Shown here piece by piece: positions 11,470 to 25,019 of a stretch of DNA of 27,394 nt; position 1 is the stretch's first letter; the number at the start of each line of letters is the position of its first letter. A program made the translations under genes and the position numbers. The DNA comes from Paramecium tetraurelia (taxonomy: Eukaryota), in contig CT868011.1 in NCBI GenBank assembly GCA_000165425.1, forward strand, positions 248,001 through 275,394, written 5' to 3'. The notes under the pieces are model-generated. The model had not been told where the DNA came from and ran no database searches. It saw only the letters and a list, made by a program, of their open reading frames with translations.

Positions 11470-12770
11470 CATTTGTACATTAAAATTATGTATAATATAC
11501 CTAAACTTTTCTCTGTTACTTGCCTTCTTTTAAATATTGTTCCTATTGCTGTCCACAAAGAATACATATACCTTCCATGATACCCTTATTAATGTTTGTC
11601 ATTATCTCATCTTTTCTAGCCTATAGTTTAACTCATTAAAGATCCTGAAATTTTTAAATATTCCAAGTTAACTTTAAATGAATTCTTAAAACAATTCCAC
11701 ATCAATTCTCTGGCACACAGTTTTTCAACCCCTTCGGAAATAAATATTGTGGTACAAGACCAATTTACTTATTAGACTCCTATATCAACACTTAAGCCGA
11801 GCTGGGAGATTTTCAATTCTTTCAATTTCTTGTTCTTCTTTCTACGGTTACTCATCTTTTTAGTGACTATATTATCCTATTAGTCTTTTCATCTCCAAAT
11901 TGGACCTCGCTCCTCGCTGAGTTTAGTCTGATATTCTCTCTTCCGCTTTTAGTTATCTCAGTTCTTTTTTTTTCTTTATCTCTCTAAAATTTACAAGACA
12001 TTTGCTATTCTTTGAATCTTCAATGATCATCACATCTAGATTTTCTCTGCAGAGTAAGGATCAATTTCTTTCTTACTCTTGCTTCGCTAATATGTTATGA
12101 TCAATCTTGGCTTGCCAACTATATGACTTTCCTGTTTTGATCATTGTAGTTTTTGCGTAGAAGAATATGATGTATAACACACATTCAAATTCAATCAGAT
12201 TGAAATGTCTTCTTATAATCAAACACTTCCAGCACTCTTGTGTTCTTATCTGGGAAGGTGTTCGATTTATATACATCTAGCCTTGCTTAAATAGTCGTTT
12301 ATTATATATTATGATTGTATTTCTTATAAAATCTTACAATTCCAAAAGTATCCAATTAAAAATCTGTAAAAAAAATTTTCCATCTCCTTGTTTTGTTATC
12401 GATATAGTAAGTAAAATGTTGAATGGTCACCCCTCATTGAGAATATTGCCCGTATTCCATTGATATCTGCAGTCCCATTTCTTTCATTTTGAAATTAGTA
12501 CTTCCTTGGAACCATAGGACCTCTCCTTCGTGTCCATCCAGCATAACTTCACTCTCCTAAATAAGTTCATTCTCAGTTTCCCCTTGTTTTGGCCTTGTTC
12601 AATCTCCTAATAATATTTTTAAATCAATTCCTCCATGTTACCCTTTTCCATGAATGGCCTAATCATGCTTTCTACAGTTAAGGAATCCTCATAGATTCTT
12701 TATTGGGGCGATGGTGACCAGAATGGGGGCTTACTCCCTATGATCCGTAATTGTATCTTTTTTGTGACAT
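11470..12770 (-). pseudogene. Decayed ORF, copy A of a repeated family (homologous to 13862-14990)
   Basis: It starts MSQKRYNYGSQGVSP at ATG 12770. The block YEDSLTVESMIRPFMEKGNMEE (12693-12628) aligns with copy B, and colinear similarity continues over ~1 kb with frameshifts. The 3' boundary is approximate. Confidence 0.65.
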
Positions 12771-13861
12771 TTGAAATTTTTTTTAAATTATAATCTAGCT
12801 ATACATCTGTATTCTTCTCCAGAAATTTAGTAAACATATTCTCAATGGAATCCACTAAGGTTTTATTTTAGATCCTTTTTGTTTGTCATTTATGGAATAA
12901 TTGATATCTGAGCTTTGATAAAAGTTGATGTTGCTATTGCCATAGAAATAGATTCAATGTTGAAAAAGTTGAAAAGATTTAATGATTGAGTGAAGCAATT
13001 AATAGTACTCTACAAAAATCATCAGTAAAAAAGGATAACATTACTGAATATGATTAAAAAAAGAAGATGCACATTAGAGACATTTAGCATGCAGGAAGCT
13101 TTAGGAAAAATAGTCATTCATCAAACAATAAACAATCGGTGTTGGGTGTTCTAACTGGAAAAAGATTTTATAAAAAAAAGGAAGAGAATATATAAACAAA
13201 TTTAGAAACGATACATAAAAAAAGTGAAGTCAAAAGTAAATCTAGTACGACAAAAACATTCAAAAGATTATAGATTAGTCATTTCTTATTGGCGATCCTT
13301 TTATAAAGAATCTAAACCTTAAGGTATTTTCTATTTTTAAAATGAGAATTTTCATCTTAGCAATCATTGATTCTGTTTATTAGAAGGTAAAAATTTTAGA
13401 AACTCATTCCGAACAAATAAAATAAAATCAGCTATAATGTAGATTTTCAAAAAACAACATCAGAATCTTATATAAAACAATAACGTAATTGGAACTCTAA
13501 TTAACATTATAATTTTCTTATGTTTTCTTGTTTCAATTTAATATCTTAATAGAGAGAGAAAAAGAGTCTTATCATAGCAAATATATGCAATAAGATTAAA
13601 TAATGTATGTAACAATAATTGGATATCTAAGGTATAAAAATTTAGTCTACTAAATAAATAACTGAAATACTCTTGGATAAATATTTTTTTCAGATACTCT
13701 TAATCGTTATTCTTAAAGTTTAAGAGGAGTAGAAGAATAAATGCGTTTTACCTTTTAAGGTAGTGAAGTTATACTAATCCTCTAATAATCCAAGGAAAGG
13801 GTAAGATATTTTTCATTAAATTTTAAATATTATTCAGAATAATTTAAAAAAAAAATTCTAA

Positions 13862-14990
13862 ATGTCCAGAAAAAGACACAGTTAAAGGTCAAAGGGAGGA
13901 AATCCCTAATAGGGCATTATTTAATCAAGATCCACCTAATAGGCTAATTGTGAAGACTCCCTGACGACTGAATGCTTAATAAGGACTTTCATGGATAAGG
14001 GGAATATGGAGGATCAAATTTTAAAAACATTATTCATTGATGAATTAAGGTTGAAGGATAGGGAGAGTAAAGGTATCAAACCTAATTGATGCTAGAGTGA
14101 TCTTACATAGATGGGACCAGTTTCCTGATAGGGATCCGATAATATAAAAAGGCCAGGAAACTAAGAGAAGCTTCAATCTAATGAAAGAGGATATGGATAT
14201 ATATCACCACATTCTTTACAGAAATTCAGATTGATAATTTGGATGCTTTTACAAGGAGAAGAATCGTGGATCAATATAATTGATCCAATAGGATTGGTCA
14301 ACATATTTAAGCTTCGCTAGAGGAAGAAAGAAATTGATAACAACGAAAGAGAAAAATCGAGTAGAAGCAACTCAATAGAAGGATTGCAGGTGAGACACAT
14401 GTTGGTAGCTTTAGAGAACTAATAATAGAAGCAATAAGAGTAATAATAAATGAGAGGATATCGGATCAAGAATCCAAATAGAGCCAAGGAACAATGAGGA
14501 AACTAAGGGTCAATCTATGAGTGACGTCCTAAACGTGGCTACCGAGAACGTAGATATAGAAGGAACTTCAATAAGTTAAATTGATTGAAGGTGCTTTGGG
14601 CTTAGCTTAGATGGTTGATGGGGAAAGAGACGAATACATTCTGTCGGTTAGAATATTCCCAAATGGCTCTACTAATTTGCTGAAACCTGAGGGCTGAATA
14701 GCTATATGAGTCTATTTATGAACTCAACTATGAGTACTAAAATCCAATAAAAACGAAAGACTTAGAAGGATTATAAAGAGAGAGGGTTATAGAAGAGCTC
14801 AAGTTTGTAAAAGTAGAGAGCGATCTATAAAAAGAGGGATTTTAAAAGACTATTTGGGCTTAATTGACGCTGTATACGACGAATCTGACATGATTGTGTT
14901 TATTACGCCAGAGAGAAGATATAGGATGGTGGAGATCAGACTAATTTAATATGGTAAACTAGATAGATACTTTAAATTATTTATATATCC
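13862..14990 (+). pseudogene. Decayed ORF, copy B of a repeated family (homologous to 11470-12770)
   Basis: It starts MSRKRHSQRSKGGNP at ATG 13862, with the block CEDSLTTECLIRTFMDKGNMED at 13949-14014. In-frame TGA and frameshifts follow downstream. The 3' boundary is approximate. Confidence 0.65.
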
Positions 14991-17117
14991 TAAATAAGAA
15001 ATTACTTAAAATGTTTGATGAAATCATTAAAAACCATTGGTTGATTAGACTATCCTTTGACGATAAGATGATCTGTGCCACGCTAATAGACTACACTGTA
15101 TTTTTTAACTCTCCTGCTAGCAAGTGTGGACCTTGCTATATTAAGAAGCCGTTTACAATGACACATATATCAAACACCAAGAATTATTATTATATATTGT
15201 TCATTAAGGTTTTAAACAGAATCTTTAAAAATATTTAAATTAGGGAACAAGTAACAAGCTAAATAAATTATTTAGAAGATAGAAACAACAAACGCATAAG
15301 GTTACATATAGAATTAACTATAAAAGTTATGATTGCCTTCTGATAATAGTGTAGATAATTGATTTCAAAAAGAATACCAAATCCTTCTGGTTAAATTTAC
15401 TACATCAAAATGATCTATATAATGATGTAAAGCAAAAACATTCATTTAGAATAGATAATTTTAAAGTAAAAAATAATTCTTGGCTTGAAGAATTTATCTT
15501 AAATATATTAGTTAATTGGTTAAAAAAAAATCTTTTGTTTCATCTATTTTATTATACAATTCTAATTAAAAAATAATCATAATTGGTTTCTTAATTTAAT
15601 ACTAATTAAATTTGCTTCAAAAATATCAATGGAACCATTTTGTTCACTCTTAAGGGAATTTAATTTTTATAAATTTATTATTCTAACTCAAATTCTCAAA
15701 GCTAAGGAACCTAATTATCTGATTTAAATTTTTGGCTTTATTAATTTAATTCCCAATAATTAATCTGTTCTCATTTTATTAAGAATTTTTATTTTTATAT
15801 AATATGTATTCACTTCCAGTTTTCCACATACTAAAGAAATTACCAACAGCCTTTTTAATGTAAACCTTCTATAATAGAGTATCCCACTAAATTGAAATGA
15901 AGTTCCCTTTAACAAGTTTAATAAATATTTATGTATCAACGAGATGATTATCAATGAATAATCAAGAATATCATACTTTTTATTACCACCAATTTCATAA
16001 TTTCTTATCTCTTTAAACATTTATCTTCACTATTCCCTTTTTTGCATTTTTATATACTCATACAATTTATGTATTTGTTATCAATCTTCTTAGAATCCTC
16101 GACAGTAGTGTTTGGCCAATACTTCACTAAGTAATTGTTCATCAATTATAAAGTGATCATCATTTCTCTACTATTGATTGTGAATTTATTAGGTCACATT
16201 TTGAGAATTATAGAAGCAATTACATGCTATTGTTAATGAGCTTCTAGAAGTGAGAGGTCTCAATATAGAAAGCACTTTAATTATAAAATTTTAAGTTTGG
16301 AGATTGATCTTCTTGCTGAAATTCTTTTTACTTTAAAATGGTTTTACTATTCAACCTTTTAATAACCGAGCATGTCAAATTAATACTCATTGATTTGGTT
16401 ATGTTATCAATAAAATAACTTTCTTTTATAAATAATAAAATGATATTTTTAGAAATATTGTTTTTCTTCCTTATTTTAAATTTCGTTTTAGGAAACAATG
16501 ATCCAATATTTGGATAAGACGATTATTTAAAATAAATAGAACAAAAAGGGTTTATGTGATTAAAAAACCAAATTAACAATTAAATTATATTTATTAATTA
16601 TCAGAATATAATAAACTAAAAATAATAAAGGTTAACTTTCAATTCGCTATTAAATAATTTATAGTGAGTAAGAAGTTATAATTTATTTTAGGTAACAGCT
16701 TTTTCTTACTTCAACTTAAATAAGTATTGATTTGAAGTTTTTAAAATCTTAAAAGTATAAGGATGAAATATTAAGTAGGCTTTATAAAGCTTTTTCAATT
16801 TTTTTGCAAGCCTTTTTTTATTGTTCACAATCAGAAAAATTGTTGTTAATCATCTTTTCACGTCGATAAATATTAAAACAAATAAATAGATTATGCTATT
16901 GAATTCAAATATTGATGATAATTTAAAAAAATTAATTAAGAATGCATCATTATTTCTCGAAGAAACAATATCATTAACAAATTTACTTTAGATATGCCAA
17001 ATTTATCATTTTATTTTTAGTTGGATTTAGTTCTTAAATTAGGAAAAATTGAAAAAGAAATTAATTTTTTTCATTTTAATTATATAATATAAACTTCCAT
17101 ATAATTAATAATACATC

Positions 17118-18395
17118 TCACAACTCATCTTGCTTAAGGTCTCTATTTATATATTATTCAAAGTTTCTAAATTCGTCATAATCTATTATTAAACTAGACA
17201 GTCTTTCTTCGGCCTCAGAAAATTCCCTGTTTTCCATTCCTTCTTTAAGATAGGTATCTGTGTAGGCTTGTCTTTTTTTAAATTTATAAAATTTGTCTAA
17301 TAATGCTTATAATCTACTAACAATTGAAGCATCATTTGAAAAAAAAGTTCCAGTTTGTTTCATCTCTGCAAGTTCAGGTAATACTTAGTAATTAGATGAT
17401 TTACATTGAAAAATATCTGATCTGTAGCCAAAGAAATAATCTAAATTCTTATGAATTATATCCAATTTACCAAAGAAAGGGTTCAAATATTGCTATCTCA
17501 ATAATAAAGTAGTTAAAATATGATTAGGATTAGAAGGACATTGATAAAGTTTTTAGTCCTTTGTTGTTAGATATTAAATAAATTATTTGCTTTCTAATTC
17601 TTTTCTATTGTAATCATTCATTAAAGTCAGTTTACCATAGGATGGAATAATAAATTGTAAATGAGGATAAGGGCACATATTTGAAAAAAATTCGGAGTTA
17701 TCTTCTGAGTTAAATCTTCTTAGTCCTGTGTACGAACTAATTATTTGAGCAACTAAGTTGTTTAAATGTTAATAATCAACAAAGTCTAAACCTAATTGAT
17801 GATCAATAACATTGTACATTGACTAATTGTCAAATATTGTAATACTTGTTAAATATTCTCTCATAATATTAATCGATAACACAGCATTATACGTATCAAT
17901 AATATTATTGGACATCTCTGAAGATGGGAAAATTATAAATCCATTTTTTCTTACTTCCCTGTATCCACCTTGCCAATTCAACTCAGCAACTAACCTAGTA
18001 CAAAATCCAGACCCAGTTCCTCCACTTATTGAACTTGTAATCACAAATTCATCTAATCGATCCATGGTTTCTATTTGTTTTCGAATACATTCTAATGCTT
18101 CATCTTAAATCAATCTTCCACCATCATAACAACCTCGAGCATAAGTTAATGCATCCTCTTTCCCGTGTAAAAATGAATGCTTCTTAAATTTGACTGATTT
18201 GTTCCTTTAGACTTCGTGTATCATTCTGTCATCTGTGTCTACGAAAAGTGCTAATGGATAATGATTCCCATCGACTTCATTATAAATATAATTCTTTTGA
18301 TTAGTTTCATTGTATTCTTTTTCATATAGTTACCATAACATATCACCAATCATTACTCCAGCCCCTCCTATATGAATATGAAATGCAGAAGACAT
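17118..18395 (-). CDS. Divergent alpha-like tubulin (possibly Paramecium iota-class), 425 aa, intronless
   Basis: A single frame is open in code 6 from ATG 18395 to TGA 17120-17118 (1278 nt). Motifs: MSSAFHIHIGGAGVMIGDMLW, PLALFVDTD, GKEDALTYARG, SISGGTGSG (tubulin signature), IFPS..SNNIIDTYNAVLS, FDNQSMY, LNNLVAQIISSYT, SEFFSNMCPYPHLQF and EGMENREFSEAEE. These are closer to alpha- than to beta-tubulin. Confidence 0.95.
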
Positions 18396-18599
18396 CCAAA
18401 GATAACAATAATTTAAATAGTAAATAGTTTTCTAATTTTAATGGAACTTAAATGAAAAATATCACATGAACTGGAAGATTCCATTTTCAATGTAGCTTTA
18501 AAGCTAAATGTATAAAAAACTTTATGATTACAACAAGTAAATATCGAATAAATATCATTAAATCCATAAATAAAAATACATTAATTTTTCAATATTAAT

Positions 18600-21500
18600 A
18601 TATTAGGAAATTTTTTGAAGTGAAAGAAAAACAGAATAAATCATTAGTTTATCAATATATTCCCAGTTATAAAATAACTTTCCTTACCTAATTCAACTCA
18701 GCCCATCTATTTATATTTAGTTAGCCATTTATTATACGAATATCTTTTGAAAAATCCTTATTTTTATTGATGTGGGCATTTTAATGTATTTATATGTGAT
18801 CAAGTTTAATGTAATTTTATTGTGATATTCAAAGTAATGGTTACTCCTACAATCATTTTATTTTTATTATTCATAGAGGACTAAGATGATAAATATACTA
18901 AAGAGGCATTATATTTTAAACATCACTAAAATGTAACGGATTTTGGATTGTGGTGCATCATTTCAAATAATATTGGCTGTGATAAGCTACCTATAATTGC
19001 AAGGATTTATGGAGGAATAAAGTATTTTAGTACAAATATTTTATGATATTAAGCTCACATGATTTTTTATCCTATATTTTTGTAGAATGCAAACCCTTGA
19101 AAGTAAAAAAAATAATAGAGAGTATACATACAAATAGAAATAATTTTTTAAATAACTACAGTTTATCCCTGAATGTAATAAGAAACGGTGGTCTAATCTC
19201 TTATTGACCTAATAGCAATAAAGTTAATGATAATTCATTTTAACATTTATATATCGCTTGATTCTTCTAGTATTCTTTCGTAATATCTTTTACCTGCTTT
19301 CTATCCACGCTAATTCAAAAATAATGATCATAATCTCTATACTTTTTATATATGCTAATTTTAAGTTCAACAAGAATAAGAATGTAAAATTTAGAGTCAT
19401 AATTACAAGATTGACCTCCTTTGTTATAATTTAAGTTTTTTATGCATAATTTAATAATTTTGCTGTGCCTCTCCAATCGTAAAGTACTTTTACAAAAAAA
19501 CCATTATTTATCCTATTATAAAGTTGTTTTGTCAAATTTGCAGAAAATTCTACTTAAGAATCCATTGTTATTTTATCTACTTTAGCAATAAACATATTAT
19601 ATCTAATATCGATATTTAATAAATACCAGTCTATAATTAATCATTCATTTCCTTTAAGACTGATAATAAACATCAAAGTGTAGTTTCATGTGCATAATCA
19701 AAACATTTAAAGTATGAATAACCTTTTATAACAGAGTAAAAATTTTAAAGTATAAACAATTTTTGAGTTTAGAGTTTTTCTAGAAACCATGTTAAATTTG
19801 CTAAATCGTCAAACTTTCAGTATTATGATAATGAATACCTAGTGTATCTATTAAAATTAAATTTACCACTTTAATGTAATAACTCCATAGTTTAATTCGC
19901 TTTTCATTTAGTTAAATTTAATTCTGTATTAAAGTTAAAGTCACTTCTTTGTAGGCTAATCATCTGTATTTTTGCATCCAATTCTGAAGTTAATTAACAA
20001 TGGTCTAGTTTAATTAAATAAATAATATTTTGTGGATAGAATTTATCGTAATTGTTTATCCTCTATTTTATTTTAAATAAATGATCGAAAGACCCTTTGG
20101 AATAATACTATTTGGATTAAAATTTACAATTGTGCTTTCGATTTTATTATCACAAAACCAAATTAATTCTTGATTAAATTCAATTGAATAAATTTAGAAA
20201 TACTTTAATCGAATTTAAAAACAAGATCTAATTATTTTCTGATCTTAAGTATCAGTGTAAAAGTATAATAAAGTAAGGACTTATTAGAAAGAGGCTGCAT
20301 CATATCTAGTATAAAAGTTTTTTTATATATTTCTTCTAACTTTTAAAGAAATTTTATTTATTCTTAGTTGAAAATATTTTCTATGATAAATTATATTAAT
20401 AATGTAACCCCAACTTCACTATTTTGAATAATAGTTCAATAAATCTAGAAAATTGAGGAATTGTTGTAAAAACCCACTTTTAATCAATATTTAAAAGTTC
20501 TTTCGAGAAAATGCAAGAATCTAAAGGCCAAATTTGTTTTTGAGTTAGGGATTTATTAGGTCATCAAAATCAAATACTTTAGTCCTAAGGTCAATCATAA
20601 AGAAAATTCCATTAATTTAATAAAATATAAAGATTATTATGAAAAGAATTAAAACAGAAACCCTAAAAAATCTATTGTGATCTATGTAAAGAAGGTATAA
20701 CATGAACAATGGATCCAATAGGCAATAAAATTTGAAGAGCTTCCAAGGATGGTCAAAGAGAGACTATTAATAGCATTTCAAATATTCCAGATATGTATAC
20801 ATCAGAGTCAAATGAAGTTGATACTTCTTGGATTTGATACTAACCTGATGGATTGAACTTATAAGAGTTTTCTGATTTCAACAGATTAATCATTATCAAA
20901 GTAGTCCATGCTTTGCTTATAAAATATATCATCAGATAAAGTTATTCTATTCTTACAAAAGTAAGACTTTAATCAAACTATCATCTCAAAATAAATTAAC
21001 TTAATTTAAAAAAAAAGAAAATATTTAAAGAATATCTATTAACTTCAATATTATTAACAATACAATCCTTCTTTTAATTAGGTTTAGGATATATCCAAAG
21101 CAAGCCATCAGAGATGAAGTACTCTCACACTTAAAGATTAAATTTATGATGAAGTAAATTAAATTATTAATAGACATTAGTATCTAGATTATTTCTTTAC
21201 TCTAATAGCATCAAGAAATAGTGATGCGAAAGGAGATGAATTAAACTTAGTTCAAAAGCTAAAGTTTTTTATTGTATCCAAAAAGCAAAAGAGATCTGTG
21301 CTGCAACATCAAGATGCGGTTAAGCTCTAGTATTAATGGGCTAATCATTAGGGATGGATCTCCTAGTGATTTATTTTCTCGAACCATCTAAAATTTTAAA
21401 GAAGGATGTTTTTATAAAGCCAATTAATATAGAAATTTGGAGAATTAAGAAAAAAACTACAAACTTACTATTGTCTTGTTGGACCTGAAGGACTAGCAGA

Positions 21501-21700
21501 CGTCCAATTAAAAAGTTAAATAATTCAGCATTCACATCAAAAAACAGAACTTAGAGCAAGGTTTAGGCTATTTCTTCATCTTCAAACACCGTTTTTTACA
21601 AGATTAGAATGACTTAATTAAATGACAATGTGATTATGGATTTGAGGAGAGCAAGGTATACTATCACTAACATCTTTTACTATCTACTTTGAGTGTGAAA
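18600..21700 (+). pseudogene. One or more decayed coding-like remnants, unassigned
   Basis: Short protein-like segments (e.g. TINSISNIPDMYTSESNEVDTSWI*YQPDGLNL near 20765-20860) are present, but I found no sustained open frame even in code 6. Strand and boundaries are tentative. Confidence 0.25.
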
Positions 21701-24700
21701 TTTTAATAGATTTTGACTTTAAAATAATTGTTCTTAATTTTATGGGAGTGAATGATTATCGATCAAGTCTAGAGATTGATGAAACTCAAAGTATGTATTC
21801 TCCGAAGTTGAGGTTACATTTTTTGGAAATTGTCAAAGTTTCTATTTTCATTGAACTAATCTTTTTTTCTGTGAATTTAAAAGTTTAATAGTTTCTATGT
21901 TGCTTTTTAGATTATACCAGACTATTTCACCCTAATTTTCTTATCCTTTGCTTTTCGTTTAGCTATCTAAGCTTTTTCTTAAATTGATTGCGACTTTGAC
22001 AATTCCCATATAAACTCTTTCTTTCTTTATGTTAAAGGAATCAAAAGATGATGAACCCAGGAGTTCGAAATTTGATTAGGTAACGGAATAGAGTGGCTCC
22101 TTCCTAAATGTTGAAATGAAATAATACTGATGTGCTAATGTCACAGACTCAAATATCGATAGAAAGTTAAAGCTTGATGTGTGGTTCGGTTGTAATCAGA
22201 ACAATCTTAATTTCTACAACTATTAAATTCCTAATTGCTTAGTTAAGTTGATGTCAAACCCGTTGTTTTGATTTCTATTTTTAACACAACCAGCTTTATA
22301 AGTATGTGATAAACATTCATGTAATTATGTACAACTAGTTAGTCGATTGTTGTACGACCCCTTTTAGCTCTTTAACATTCTTCATGAGTTATGTAGATAG
22401 CGTTGACACAAGATATAAATAGCTTACAAACCTTTTGAATCAATGGATTTCAAGGCTTTCATTTATTGTATAGAAATGCCATCAACTCCAATGGCACAAC
22501 TTCCATAAGTATTTTTTTCTGAAGATGAAACAATGGCCACACAATATTTATCCATCTGCTGTACATTTATCACTTATTTATTTACTTCATTAATCACTGG
22601 TCCACTCTAAACTCTAACAAGAAGTGTAAAGAAACAAGCTCCTTGAGAGCCATCATAACATATATTATTCGATCTACAAGCAACTCTAACACCCAATTTT
22701 ATACCTTTGCACATCTCCCATGAATTCTGCAGTGCAATCCCATCCTCTAAAAATTCTTCAACTCTGCATATTTGTTGAATGACATCCTAACTTTTATTGA
22801 AATTGAGTAAGCCTTATCAACAGTAGCTGCTTAACACGTTAACTTTTGAAGACATCTTTCTCCTTATTTTGTTGGGCAAATAGGAAAATATTCTTTGCAT
22901 AAGTCTTCAGTTATCAAAGTATCTGGTTCTAAGGATAAGGTTTTTATGGTATAATTAATCTCATTTTTTATTATCCCTAAAATACTACTAACCACAATCC
23001 ATATCTGGAACCTAATCAAATTATTCTCCTTTTGAAGAAGTAACACATCGGGCTTTATCTAAAACCTGTACAAGTGTCCTTCATGTAACATAAATGGTTG
23101 CATTTAGAAATAGCTCATTTACATAAAGCATCTGTGGCAAAGGCAAAATCTCCAGAAACTTTAGTTTTGCATTTAACATTATCTAAATCACAGTCATCAA
23201 TAAAATTATCGCAATCATTTGCAGTGGCTGTTATATCTAGAGCATTTTCACATGAAATACAGACAGTTCCTGTCCTATAGCACGATCAACCAGCCATAAG
23301 TATAAAAACAATTATTTACGATGTTATTGTTTCGCAAAGTAGCAGGAATATCTAAACATCTATTTTTCGGAATCTGAGAATGTGCATTTATTAGCAATGT
23401 AAGCTCTAGCTTTTTGGATCATCATCATTACAGAAGCAGTAGCAAAAAACCAGAACAGCATATTAAGTATCCACTCCATTTACTATGGATCCCCATATTT
23501 AGTTATTTAACACTATTCTTTGTCAATATATGTTATACCTGCAGCTCTCTATTAACACCCTCCTAAAGTTGAGCTATCACCACTATTGCTCGGAGTGGCT
23601 ACAACAGTATATTATGCTATTGCTGTATTATAGTAAGTATAGAAATCATTATGGGGTTCAAGTGAAAGTAAGACCACTAATACAGGACTTATCTTAGCAG
23701 CCAAGTGTTTTCCAAACACAAACACCACCACTTATAGTTTGAATTGTTCTTCTATTGTATATGAACTGCATGCTCCTCTTGCCATAAAACCATTAAACAG
23801 AAACACCTTTTACGCATTAACTGTGCAAACAAGTGCACACTAGCAAATTCATTATGGATGTCGAATGAAGTTATGCCATCAATATTACCACAATTCAAAT
23901 CAACACATGTCAAATTGGTTGGATTCGAAAAGTATATTCCACTACTTTTATCAACCGTAAATTAGAGTAAAGATTTGTAAGAAATCACCAGTTGCTCTGG
24001 TTTGACAACCTCCTATTCTAGCAACAAAATCTGATTACTAGTAAGTTGAACATTTAGTGTCATCCTCCCTTGTAGCATCAGTTGCCGCAATATCACATTT
24101 CTACACATGATGTTCACTCTCCTTCAACAGAGTAAAGGCAAACTGATGAAGCTTAATCTGCACATCTAAATCCATATGTAAGCATCCTTAATCTCCTTAA
24201 TTTGCATCACAAGTATTAGGCTAAGTATTGTATTACATGAGTAAATATGATTAGGCACAAGTTTTTGCTTCATCCAGTTGTTCCATTAACTGTATATCCG
24301 ACTTACTTTTCATTACATTTTGCACTGTGGTAATTCCTGATTCTAAATTGACAGTGTCACATGTTTTAGCAGATGAAGCAGCAACAAAGTAGTATCAGCA
24401 TTTGTACTTGGTATTCATAAACCAGCTACTGATTTATAACAACTAGAGGGAAATTACGTATCCGTAACATTAAGCTTATTTTAAAAACAAGCACTCCTTG
24501 TTCTAGTTATACTGCATCCTGTGTTATAAGAGTAGCAAATGTCATATGCTATAGTTTCAGCAACCCTGTTATTTTAATATAATCAGTTGAGGCATTTGAA
24601 ATCGTGATACAAATTGAGCCATATAATTTACATTTTGAGGCCTCAGTTTTTGTGTAACTTAATAGGGATATGATCATTCGCAAATTGATTTAAAATCTTA

Positions 24701-24875
24701 ACATTTGAATCCATCAGCAATTGATGTTCAATCTAGATTATAAGCTTGACATAAAGCATGATAAAGAACACTTTCCTGTTATTAAACCATAATTTACATC
24801 TGTGATGGTTATCAATCCAAATGCATGAAAGAGGCTATTCATTTATGTAGTTCTTGCAATTATATTTAGCTTCTT

Positions 24876-25019
24876 AGAAAGCAGAATTATAAAGGGAGCT
24901 TTCAAAAATATGTTCATATCAAAAAATATAATAAAAATACGTATCAATTTCAGCAATAAAAATTTGATCATAAAAGTAATTTTTGAAAAAGAGGACGAAC
25001 CAAAATATCATTTTACTTA
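24876..25019. mobile_element. ~130-145 bp AT-rich insertion in the surface-antigen pseudogene (IES/MITE-like)
   Basis: It interrupts the motif ..CIQLKGG(I) | QEAKYNCKNY... TA dinucleotides lie near both edges, and there is an internal inverted repeat TTTCAAAAAT (24900-24909) / ATTTTTGAAA (24979-24988). Exact ends are unresolved. Confidence 0.5.

Noticed and set aside
11702..14697. TGA at two homologous positions in both paralogue copies, suggesting TGA recoding
   Set aside because: An adjacent frame reads through in both copies (e.g. KKEID), so the shared TGAs are probably out of frame. There is no evidence of recoding.
15011..16400. Short ORFs at 15011-15343 (+, code 6) and 15760-16020 (-)
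   Set aside because: There is no recognisable domain, and ~100-codon frames arise easily when TGA is the only stop.
17118..17135. Tubulin C-terminus KQDEL resembling a KDEL ER-retention signal
   Set aside because: There is no signal peptide and the fold is cytosolic, so this is probably coincidence.
17827..18108. 93-aa plus-strand ORF
   Set aside because: It is the antisense shadow of the tubulin gene.
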